Source: Leptogorgia sarmentosa
Taxonomy: Eukaryota
Length of the DNA: 64,000 bases
Assembly (NCBI GenBank): GCA_964658305.1
Contig: OZ210884.1
Coordinates: forward strand, 5,828,001 to 5,892,000
Direction: 5' to 3'
The first letter of the stretch is position 1, and every line of letters begins with the position of its first letter. Of the stretch, positions 51,501 through 63,166 are shown piece by piece. The notes under the pieces were generated by a model that was given only the letters and a program-made list of their open reading frames with translations, did not search any database and had not been told where the DNA came from. The position numbers were made by a program, and so were the translations under genes.

Positions 51501-54500
51501 CCATCACCACAACTGGAAAGAGCGTCTTAAAATTACTGCAACACGCAAAAAATTGGACGGTCTGCGCAATTTGAAAATTTTGCATATTATTGCAGGCTTT
51601 TATATCATTCTATTTTATCACGCGAGAAAATTTGCTACAAACTTAGTGCGTATATGATCCAAATAATTACATACAATTTCTTTACTTTGCCCCGCTGTAT
51701 TTTGCGCATTTCACAACAATTCACTATTTCCATACGTTATTCTCACACATGCACATGAATGAAATTTACAATTGCGGGAACGTGGATTTATGAATCACGA
51801 ATAATCTTAAGCCGTTTCCATATAATAAGAAGTTCTATAATATATAGCATACATCTTAATCATTCCCAGAATAAATAATACATATATATCTGAGTTAATG
51901 AAGATTCATATTCATAACAACTAATTATTTTGACCTCCATAGGTCTCAAATGACGGTTTATTGGTGTTTGGAGTCAATTCAGGAAATCAACTGTGGCGCC
52001 GGGATGGCATTACAGCGGCTAGTAAAACAGGAACGACATGGACATTCATATCGAATTCACGTAAACATGTTTCAGTAGGAAAAACTACTGTATGGTCAAT
52101 TGACTTATATGATGACATTTTCTATAAAGGTTAGTATACAATTAAATAATTAATGTTTCGCCTCGTAGAATGGAACATTCCATCTTTCACTGAATGAAAA
52201 TTATATTCTTACCATTGCACGAAATAAGCATTCATTATTTGTTTTATATGACACTAAAATAACGTTTTGGTATTTGAAATACCCGCCAAATTTGAAGGTT
52301 AAACTGTCTTCATATTCTGTCTGTGTTCGATGCATTTCCAAATGATTTAGAGCAAGCGCAACTTTTTCATACACCCAACTTAGAATCATGATAGTCATTA
52401 AATTCACCATCGCACCAGATAGGCATAGGTTAAATAAAAAGGTTGAAAGGTTTGTTTAAGCGTGGTTATTATGGTTGGGCCCATCAAGTTTAATATGAAA
52501 CAAACGAAGAAGCTAGAATTCACTTGATTCAACGACTATTGTGCGTTTTAATTTCACGCGTTATCTATAGTTTCTACGCGATCATGCAGTTAACTGTAAC
52601 TTCTCAATCTATTGTTTTACTTCTTTTATTTTAGTATTGACGCCATCTTGGTCTAGCATTGATGGAAAACTGAGACAAGTTGACATCAGTCCTTCAAATG
52701 TCGTTTGGGGAACCAACAGTGGCCATTTAATATGGCTTCGTATTGGTACAGCATGGATTCAGATTGGTGGAAGACTGAAGCATGTCACCGCTGGTAATGC
52801 GGGGGTTTGGGGAGTAAACAGTGGCGATCAAATCTTTTATCGAGAAAGAGTTACACCAAGTAATTTGAAAGGAACCAGTTGGACAAAAGTAGCAGGTAAG
52901 AAGGTTTTCGTACGTGACATTTCCAATTACGTCCATTGCTAGAATGTTTAGCAATATCTTGTAAAAACGAAATTCTAAAAGGCAGAATCTAACTTGTTCG
53001 CGGTGTTATCAATGTAATTAGTTTGCTGTTGCTGTGCTGGAAGCGATCGTTATTACGGCTTACTTAGTTTGATTTATTCATCTTTTTTCATTTTAAAGGT
53101 CTTCTAAAACAGATTGATTCAGGTCCAGCAGGGATCGTATGGGGAGTTAACAGAGGAGATAGTGTATTCTGCAGACATGGGATAACAGATGATAATCCTA
53201 AGGGAACTGGTTGGACACATATTCCTGAGTTGAAAATGAAATATGTCTCATGTGGATCATTGGGATGCTGGGGAGTAAATCCTTTAGATTCTATCTATTT
53301 TAAAAAAGGGGTGAGCGCCTCCAACTGTGGCGGAACACACAGCTGGGTACACGTCGCAGGGCAATTGAGACAGATTGAGGTAAAGTGAACAGTTCAAAAT
53401 TCTAGATCCATGAAACAACTATTGCTGCTGCTAAAAATGTATATCACCTACCAATGATGGCGAGAAATTTAAGCAGCATCCGCTAAGTGCGGCGGGGGCA
53501 GCCATTTAAAAAGGGCATTTTTTCTAGACATTAAATGTTCCTGTGCGGTAATGTTCGGTAAGATTTTCCTATATGGATACTGGACCACACTGCACAAGAT
53601 ATTTTTATATAAAATAAATTCGATCCGATTTTATTTACGTATTACTTTACATTGAATTATATTTAAGAAACTCAACGTCTATATCTGTTAACGCTAATAA
53701 TACTTGATTAATGAAATATCCTTCAAATCGTCCATGTGGAAAAGGGCAACGAGTTGCCCCCGCACTGGGGCAGCTGCTTCCGGGGGTGTGCTTCCGGCGC
53801 CCCTGAGCATCCCCTAAGTGCGTCTCAGACAGGGAGAGATACAAGTTCTGTTTTTCTTCCAGGTTACCAATGATGGTAAAGTGTACGGAGTTAATTCAGG
53901 AAAATTGCTGTTCCTCCGTGTTGGTGTCACACCTAATAGACCAACAGGAACTGGGTGGAAACATATTTCGTCACAACCGTTAACACATGTTTCGGCTGGA
54001 AATTTAGCCATTTGGAGCATCGACTTTGCAGACAGCATCTATGACTTTACTGGTTAGTTAATTCTCCTCCATCTTTAACTGTATTATCATTCTAGTAGCT
54101 AATTACGGCTTTTTTCACTTACTGAATCCTGTTGGTTGTTTGGGACGATGTTCATTAATAATCAATAAGCACCGACATTTGCTTTGTTCTGTCGCTTGAC
54201 TAGCAATATTGCATTTTCGTTCAACAAAAACGGTAATTTTCATGATATTAAATGTTTAATAATTGACGTTTGTAGGTCTGGCTTTCCCTGAAGAAAGGTA
54301 TGCTATTCTTCTAACCAACAACTTCCCATCAGGAGGAATTGGTAAAATTGCAGTCAGAAATCAAGTTGCTGGTGTGACGTATAGCTTAGCAACTGCATCT
54401 AATATCGTAACAATCGATTCAAGCAACGGACATCTCACATTATTAGTCAACGCTAATAGCCAACATCGCAATCAAGTGAATAACCACAAATTTAAGGTCC

Positions 54501-57500
54501 AGGCAAGATTGAATGTCCAAGTGGAAACCGTGGAAGTCGTTTTATATGTTCTACCAGCCAACCATGGTGATACACTCGCCCTGCCAGCAATGGATGCAGT
54601 CAAGGAAGGTCTACAAGCCAATCTGGTTTTCACCCTTAACTACGGACCAGCTGCTGAAATTTCACCGGAATTGTTGGACATTTCTTTGAAGAGATTATCG
54701 CCGGGCGATGCATCTCATGCTATTACGGAAGGTCAACTGAGAGTGGAACGAGCAATCGATCTTGTGAAGTCAATCGTCATACATGCTTTTGGTAAGGACT
54801 TTTGAAAAATCATAGAAAACAAATCATTCCGAAATGAATTTACGTTCTCCAAGTTTTTGGAAATCGTAAAATTAAAAATTTAATAAATAAGATTGATGGT
54901 TATAGTGTTAAATATTCAGGTATTTACCATGAAAAAAGATGAGATCGCGGCGAATAACTCGTATCAACTATTCGTATTTTAATTATAAAAAAAACTTCTT
55001 TTTGTTCCTCATCCCTAAGTACATGATGCATCACTTTCGTTATATTTTATAGAAAAAGAATATGGTAAAGGAGCAGTACTGGCTTTTCTCCGAAATCGCC
55101 ATTTATTCTCGACCGCAATAATAACCAAGTTAGACAGAGAGTCAGATTGTCATGAAACAACAGAAGAGATTCAATGTGATCCTGCCGCCAAATATCGCCG
55201 TAGCGATGGAAGATGTAGCAATGTGAACTTTCCTCTTGCTGGTGCCGCTGGGACGCCATACATACGACTGTTGCCAGCGGTAACGTATTTTTTAAGTCGT
55301 CCGTAGACAACCACGCAACAATAAAATTAATTATGCATTATTGTAGCATGCAGGGCTCACAAGCCACGTCACTAGGCCTATATATATTGGGTCCCTATGC
55401 GCAAGTCCTTTGAAATACACACATACACACTGCATAATACAATAACTTGAAAAACAAAACTACCTATATAAACACTATCTTCAACACATTTCTTTCGCGT
55501 ATTTATACTTTTAATGTTGAAAATAAAAAGTGGTCCGGTTCATTAACACATAGATCTCTTTTACAAAATTTTGCCGTGAGTTGCTGGAAAAGTTTTCCTA
55601 GAAAAATGTCATCATCGCGCAAGAATCGTCGGCTGATTTCTTATCGGCTGATAAAATTCGGAATGTCCAGAAAAACTTTCCCATTTTTTTTTGAAGTGAT
55701 TTCCTAGTTTTTGATTTTTGCTGTTGAAAATTATTCCAACAGGAGCCCCTACGCACCTATCATAGAAAGTCGTTGAAGAAAAAATTGCCTCCAGTAGGGC
55801 TTATGTGTATGTTATTACACACGTGTATGTTATTACACACAAATTACCGCTGAAAAATCTCGGGCCCTGTCGACTATAAAAGATTCTGCAGTGCTAAAAA
55901 TAGTTCGAGCACCAACAAATGTATTTTTGTAAGCTAACCAATGACAGTACAGTGAATAATGTTTTTCTTACCACTGTTGCAGAAATACTTTGATGTGGAT
56001 GGTCTGAATGATCCTATTGGTTATCCAAACCAACCAAACGCACCAGAAATGCCATCACCTTTCAAAGTTAGCAAAGATTTCATTAAAGACGAAGTAGCGT
56101 CATCTTCTGACCAAAATTTAACACCCGCGGTTATGCAGTTTGGACAATTTCTGGATCATGATTTAGATTTGTCAGCCGGAGGAGAAGGAAGCACTGCTTG
56201 CCTTTCAATAAGGTATTATTTTGAAAAAACATCTATTTATTAAAACGAAGCGAAAATTTCAAAACATCATGTACCTACTGTTAGAGGGGTAGACCAAAGT
56301 AGAAAAGATGCCGGGATTTTCACCAGGATGTATTGCGGGTACTAAATACACGTAGCTGAAAAATATTACAAGAAAAGTTAAGCATAGCTAATGGATAGAA
56401 ATTTTAACACTGGTAAGAAAATAACCTGATGTCTTCTGTTTGTTCTTCAAAAGACGTTAATTGACCGCAATGCATTTTGGTAAGATCCGCCATCTTTTTG
56501 GTCAATTGGTAAGATCCGCCATGGTCAATTATTTCTCCCCATCGCATGATTACCTAGACTTATAAAATAAATCTTTCAGGTGTGATGGATCTTCAGATGA
56601 CTTTGTACCTCCTTGCTATCCCATATTGCCCTTGGCGAATAACGAGCCTCCCTGTGTACGATTTGTTCGATCTTCTGCCATGTGTCAGTTAGAGGGCTTC
56701 CCAAAGGAGAGAGAACAGGTGAATGCCATAACAGGAGTCATTGATGGAAATAATGTTTATGGATCGGATGAAAACACTACCCGCAGCCTGAGGGAATTGA
56801 CAAGTAAGTAGTACGGATAGAAATATTCATTGGTTCATAATTATTATCTACAAGTTGAAGTTGCGTTAAACATCTCTAAGCTAAACACTTCATGTCTTAC
56901 TTCTTCAGTCTGGTTATGTGTTTTGTTACTTGCCAAATGGTCGGAAAATAGAAAAAAAACTGACATTAATTTCTCAAAAAAACCCATTATAACCCAGTAA
57001 TAAGTACAACATATCTTAGAACAAATTCGTTGTAAGATACTACAAAATGATGACACATTATTTTCAGATGATGTTGGACTGATGCGTGTCTCAACAAGAA
57101 ACGGGCTAGATTTGTTACCAGAGGCTTCAGCTGACGACACAACATGTATTGAAGGGTGTTTTCTGGCTGGTGACATCAGAGCAAACGAACAACAAGGACT
57201 GACTTCATTCCATACTCTCTTTCTTCGGGAGCATAACCGAATTGCTAGAGAACTAAAACAATTGAATAGTCATTGGAGTGGTGAGACAGTTTTCCAAGAG
57301 ACAAGAAAAATCGTTGGTGCTATCATACAAAAGATTGTGTACGAGGACTATCTGCCCATCATTCTCGGACCCAATGCCCTTCCTTCATACACACGACATA
57401 ATTCGAACACCAACCCAAGTATATCAAACGCGTTTGCAGCAGCAGCTTACAGATTTGGACACAGCACAATCCGTTCGGAATTTGATCTGTTGGACAAGAA

Positions 57501-59047
57501 TTTTGAACCGAAGGCCCCTGCCATGAAGCTTCGTTTTATGTTCTTCAACAATACCGTTACAAAAGGATTGGGAGTCGAGCCAGTCTTGCTTGGTCTTGTT
57601 GGAAACGTATCTGAAAAAGTAGACACTGTACTGTCTAGAGAAATCACAGAACATTTGTTCGAGCGTGGAAATCAACATGGAGAAAATCTTGCCGCGTTAA
57701 ATTTGCAACGATCACGTGACCATGGCCTCCCTGGTTACAACCATTTCCGAGTACACTGTGGCCTTACCAACGCGACAAACTTTGAAGCGACCAAAAATGA
57801 GATTACAGATCCCAATAACCGAGCTATCCTGAAAAATCTCTACAATGATGATCCAAACTTGGTTGAATTGTGGATGGCAGGTCTTGCTGAAGTTCCGCAC
57901 CCAGGAGCGACTGTGGGTCCTACCTTACGATGTGTTATACGAGAGCAGTTCTTACGATCCAGAGACGGTGACCGTTTCTACTATGAAAACGAAGGTGTCT
58001 TCACTCAAGGCCAAGTAAACGAAATTAAAAAGACCTCTTTGTCTCGTCTGTATTGTGACAATGTCGATGGGATTGTTTCCATTCAAGCTGATGCGTTCAA
58101 GTCGGCAATTAACCAAGTTCGTCCTTCGTGTGGACAAATTCCAGGAATGTCCCTTTGTCAATGGAAAGGTATAGGCTTATGTTTTTGTAGCAAGCAGCTG
58201 TTCTATGAAGATAGGAGCTAGGAGCCAAGTTTTTAAAAAGTAGCTATCGTTATAGCGAAATATGTATCGTTTTAAAAAGTATAGTTATATAGTGCAAACT
58301 ATTATGTTTCTACACATTCATTTCACATTCATTTTCCATCATTAATTGTGAGGATGTTATTTTTTCAATTTTCATTTGTGGGATACTATTTTGTGTAATT
58401 AATTTCATTACAAAATAATCAGAGTGTGAACGCCCTCCTGTCAGAGTAAACTATCATGAAAGTAAAACTAAATTAAAACGATGTTCCTGGTTCCACAAAT
58501 TAATTGTTCATTTATTTTTTAAAAGTGAACTATTGGGCTCTTTCGCCATATCAACTAAGTATGCATGATGGCGTTAACGTGTGTTGTCCTGCGTGATGCC
58601 AAGATGGTTTATGAGCATTTCTAGTCGTTTTCTATATTATCACGCGGCGTAAAAATTAAATTCACTTTAAAAAAGAATAACAGCAACAAAAAAGGTATAA
58701 ATTGGAATTAGAAACAATTATAATTTTGAAGGCACAATGCAAACAATTTTATTCTCATAGTATCCAGTAATTACGGTCAGTAACTAGTATAGTTATAAGG
58801 ACCTGCAGGGACAAATATCCCAGTAGACTAGTTAATTTTGTAGCTTAAAAAATGCCCAGGTACGAATTAAAATTTCATAAACAAAAATTCATTAGCAACT
58901 TGTTTTAGTTCAAACAAGTGTTTCCTACGAGAGTTGCAAAACAACATATGAGCTAGAATATGATTATCATAATTATATTTTTTAAATTTTGTAGAGTGTC
59001 AGAATGGAACACCGAGTGTCAATGGCAACGTGTGTGGATGCGCATAA
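48573..59047 (+). CDS. Secreted tectonin (tachylectin-like) double beta-propeller + cadherin-like domain + animal heme peroxidase, ~1290 aa
   Basis: Exons 48573-48627 (MKFLFVLCLIIVAVLGIE signal), 49626-49898, 51042-51316, 51943-52129, 52635-52895, 53099-53379, 53863-54052 (12 repeats of W-x-x-I-x-G-x-L-K-Q/H-V-S/D..V-W-G-V-N), 54276-54791 (cadherin-like plus linker), 55053-55279 (KYRRSDGRCSN..RLLPA), 55983-56212 (QFGQFLDHDL), 56580-56803, 57068-58168 (AGDIRANEQ, AYRFGH, LAALNLQRSRDHG, RDGDRFYYEN), 58995-59047 (ECQNGTPSVNGNVCGCA*). Intron phases are consistent; sum 3873 nt. Confidence 0.9.
50564..50805. mobile_element. PIF/Harbinger (Tourist)-like MITE in a peroxidase-gene intron
   Basis: TIRs ggctgctttccagtta / taactgggaagcagcc, with T/A-rich (taa / ttt aa) flanks. 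Confidence 0.65.
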
Positions 59048-59173
59048 TTATGGTAATCATGTAAGTACATTAAGTACAATTCTGATTCCGAGTCAGACGA
59101 GAATGAGAGTTATGAGAGTTTGTCACAGGAAAGATTTTAGGCTGCATAATTACTCTGAACTATGGATGGGAAC

Positions 59174-59610
59174 CATGGGCGTACGGGCCCTATCTTGTTT
59201 GGGGGGCACATTATTGCTTGCCCGACAGGACCTGTGGAACGACATTTGAAGTAGGGGGGGGGGGGAGGCTGACAGAAAAGGGAGGGCGAAGGTCACGAGG
59301 CGCCACCATGGTTGGCGCCGAGCGAGAAAATTTTAAATATTATGGGTCTCTAGATCGGCGGAAATGGCATTTTCAAGGTGTCATATTATACCTCTTTCGT
59401 TATGTACACTATACTTCATATAGGATTTTTTATAGGATAATAATTTTCATCGTATTGTTGATGTTATATTGTCTAATAAAGTTAATATTCTATCAACTAT
59501 GATGGAGTTATGTTTGCCCGAACGATTCGAGCTCAATTGCCCGACCGTGAACGGTTTTGGGGGGGGGGGCACAGCCCTCCCCCGTGCCCCCCCCGGCCCG
59601 TACGCCCATG
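59174..59610. mobile_element. Non-autonomous hAT-type MITE, 437 bp
   Basis: Perfect 16-bp TIRs catgggcgtacgggcc / ggcccgtacgcccatg and a perfect 8-bp TSD atgggaac (59166-59173 and 59611-59618). Confidence 0.92.
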
Positions 59611-60531
59611 ATGGGAACAGGGGATCTCCAAAACAAATGAGTTAACACATTGTTAGCATTTAATGTTAAATTGTATTACTGATTAAACATACAAACTCGT
59701 TTTCTCTTTTTCATTTCTTTTATATAGATTTCACATTAAACATGAAGTTTGAAGAGTATACTGACACTTTGTGTTAAAGAAATTTATGATTTAGATTTTT
59801 TAATTTTTTTGTAATTTTATATGTATACTTGGACGGTATAACATAACATTTTTTAAAAATATTAATCATTCTCGTTTTTATAACGTCTGATTCCCATATT
59901 CATTTACCATACCACTTTTTATTTTGTAATAATATATAGTGGGTTTACAATCATTTGGCAATAAACATCCATTTCAATGAACCATTGTGTTTTTATTATT
60001 TGAAGCACACGAAACTACAACTGAGTAACAACATAAAAATATAGCTACAATTATGACAAGTGATGCATGATTATATTAGAAAAGAGTGTCTGCAGGTATA
60101 GACAGTTGCATAGTTTAGCTTCAGAAACTCTTCTTAAGCTTTTCATTTTTGGGTAAGAGAGAAAGAGCGCGGCTCAAGTTAATGAGTAAAAATGTGTTTC
60201 TGCCATGAGAAAATTAAATTCATGTCTTCAAACCGCCGTGTACGTAATCTTTTTTATTGTATTGTCATGATACCCAGTCAGCAATAGTACAATTTGATCG
60301 AAATGCTAAATTTTTCAACTAATCACATCATACTATACAACTGAATTCAAAGAATGTATACTTAGATATCGTTTTAAAGTTTTCTTTACTGGTGGGAAAT
60401 GATGATATGATCGATATCCTTACCAGTGAAGATATGGAAAATGTATAACTGGGTTTTTTTTTCGGCATCTGAGTATTAATGACTATTATATAATAAATAA
60501 TAATATTTTTCCGTTGACGTAAATCAACGTT

Positions 60532-60974
60532 TTATATATTAATGTTCCAAGCTGCACGGTTGTCATAGTTTTCATCTGACATGAGACAACTAGGAGAACT
60601 CAAAAAACCTTCGGTCCTCACCGGCGGTTCACCTTGGGAAAAAACATAACGAAAATTCGCCACGCTTTCAATGAAGTATTTCCCATCACCATGCTTTATA
60701 ATCCTCCAAAGAGCGCGATCATCATAACTGGCGTCAGATCCAACACAAAGCGGAGCTTCCGTTACCCCTCCCTCGCATCCTCGACCAGATATCTCGTTCC
60801 CCTCCGAATAAAGATATTTTTTAGTTTCCAAGTTCTCAAACAAATATCTTCCTTGTCCATCATTTTTTATTCTCCAGAAGCCTCTGTTGTAGTAGTTACT
60901 ATCCGAACCAACGATTGTGTTACCGGTTGAAAACAGTAGCCGTTTAGTCCTCACATTTTGTACCCTGTAATGAC
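60532..60974 (-). CDS. Terminal exon encoding three internal repeats, probably a beta-trefoil (ricin-B/fascin-like fold) domain
   Basis: Three repeats of G-x-Y-x-x-x-N/S..R/K-Y/L-L/V-F/Y-S-x-G....SD-x-N/S-Y-x-N/D-R-A/G-x-W-x-I. Stop at 60532; candidate acceptor ttccaag. The fold assignment is an inference from the repeat pattern. Confidence 0.65.
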
Positions 60975-61148
60975 CTTGGAACAAATAAATACAGTGGGAA
61001 GTATTTCAGTGTAAGAAGTGCGGGGTACGTGTATGATTTTACTCTTTAACTGTAAAATCACTCGGAGCAAAAGCATGTGTAAAAGCCATTCTGCAGTTGC
61101 AACATTTGCTGCGATTTCTTCCGGAATTTTCTCCTGCTGATAGATGTG

Positions 61149-61830
61149 ATCAAATCAAAATCAAATCAAATCAAATCGCTTTATTTAACCACGGTAAAAT
61201 CTACAGTATTTACACATATATAATAAGAATAAGAGTGACAAGTGACAATAATACAAATCAGTTACAATTAACGTTATCTATACTATGACAATTAACACTT
61301 AGACTTTACAGTTACTAGGACACTACATACTAGCTACGGGAGTCCGTTCATACAGAAAATAAATTCTCAATTTCAGTAATTTCTCTCTTAAATTGATTAA
61401 GAGAGCCTATTGCTCGAATATTTTGAGGTAACTCATTCCACAACAACGCTCCGCTGTAGCTAAAACATCGTTTACCATAGTTCGTACGCGGTTTTGGCAC
61501 AAATAAAGTGTTTTCTGAGTTTCTCAAATTGTATCCTGTGCTGCGGGATTCAAACAATTCGCGGAGATAATACGGAGTTAAGTCATTAATTGTTTTAAAC
61601 ATCAATATAGCATTGTGCTATTTTCTACGTATTAGAAGATTATCCCATCCCAGTCTACTAAACAGTTCGCTGGAGCTAGTATCAGGTCGAGATTTGGTGA
61701 TGATCCTCGCAGCCATGTTTTTTCCAATTTTTGCAACTTATCATTTAGGGTGGCATTTAGCCCACCACAGACTGCGCTACAGTAATCTAAATATGGTTGA
61801 ATCAGTGCTATATAAATTTTCATGGCAGTG
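61149..61830 (-). mobile_element. 5'-truncated non-LTR retrotransposon (L2/CR1 group), ORF2 C-terminus plus 3' UTR
   Basis: Frameshifted pieces KIYIALIQPYLDYCSAV..DKLQKL and PYYLRELF..YNLRNSENTLFVPKPRTNYGKRCFSYSGALLWNELP are typical of the post-RT region of LINE ORF2. The 3' end is AATAAA followed by a (TTTGA)n tail (tcaaa repeats at 61149-61176 on +). Confidence 0.85.
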
Positions 61831-62948
61831 TTGATCAAGTGTAGTGTATTGATAACGAATGTAACCCGAAGAACATTCATCGCTTGTTTAATTGTATGAA
61901 CGAGTGTATATTGATAACATTGTGTCAATGTAGTGAATGCATACTTTTTCACTTGAACATTCATGACTTGTTTAATTCTTCACTTCCATCAAAGCAAGAA
62001 AATCGCAGTAGAAATCGCAGTGAAAGTTGCAAGTGTAAATTAAAGGAGCCTTGGGAAGAATAATGAATTTGAGGCTCTGACCAACCATTGGCGTAGCATC
62101 ATCGATAATACGCGGGATATTCATTTGCCTGTGTCTTCACAGATAACAAACAACAAACAACAATGAACTTCAAACGGTACCGAAAACTGGACCGCCCAAC
62201 TGGATTTTCCAAATACAAAATTCCTTATCTGCAGATTTTTGAATTATTACAATACATGAATATGTTACCTTTGATTACGATGTTTATAGCAGCTGTACTT
62301 GAGTACAATATGCTTCGGAGGGGTACCTGTATAAAGGAAATGTAATCGATTAGCATGTTGCAAGTTTTGTATCCTGTATATGTTACTACACTGAGAGGAT
62401 TCCGGATTCAGCTAGAAACTCAACGACCTAGCCAGACAGTATTTATTTTCAATATTCATGTTTTCTCAGGAGTCTTTTCAGTCGTGCAGCACTTGCTCTA
62501 TTCTTTCTTTTTTTCTTTGGAAAGCCTTTGAAGTCTCTACTCTCCATGTTAGTCCACCATGTTTTTGAGATCAGTGATGACGAGCCCACTCTTAGAATCG
62601 GTAACTGAAAATGGCGTCCAATTGATGAACTTCAAACTCCCGCTAATGCTTTCCTTTACTTGGGTGTAAATACCCGCGCGGAATTAGTACCCTCATCCTG
62701 GGCATACGCCCGGACATTCGGGGATAAATTTGTGTTAAATTTATATAATTTGCAACTGCGCAAATTCGGGCATTCGTCACTGATTCGTGTATTCCCGTGC
62801 GGATTTTGTGCAAACATCTCGTTTGCTTAGGTGCGAACCTGGACAAAGACGATCCAACATCGAATTCGCATTTCATTTGCACACACGTATTTGCACCACA
62901 GGAAAACATGATATATTTTAAGTTACATAAGCAATGCAAGCATCTCAC

Positions 62949-63166
62949 CGGAATTGGCTCATAGTAGTTGAAATGTTTGTCTGACACCAGATGGCCAGGT
63001 TTGCCGTTTCCTTTTGTGTGATTATTTAGTTGACATCGAGGTCGAGTTTTCGCAAAATTAATGGATCGACATTGCGGCCGTTGATTCAAACACAAGTGAG
63101 AACAATCTAATAAACTGCTGACGTCATGATCAGTTTCGGAAATGATGCAATTCTTGAGACGATGGC
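62949..63166 (-). CDS. PAN/apple domain exon (gene model incomplete, possibly degenerate)
   Basis: GHRLKNCII..VSSLLDCSHLCLNQRPQCRSINF...CQLNNHT...HFNYYE shows the C-x3-C..C-x-S-x-N-F..C-x-L-N PAN pattern. Acceptor tttag and donor CCG|gtgag flank it. Confidence 0.75.

Noticed and set aside
56844..58161. Several short ORFs overlapping the peroxidase exon on other frames and strands
   Set aside because: Shadow ORFs of a long coding exon with no recognisable motifs.
57082..58221. Gene symbol PXDN, MPO or TPO for the peroxidase
   Set aside because: The flanking domains do not match those genes, and orthology cannot be assigned by eye.
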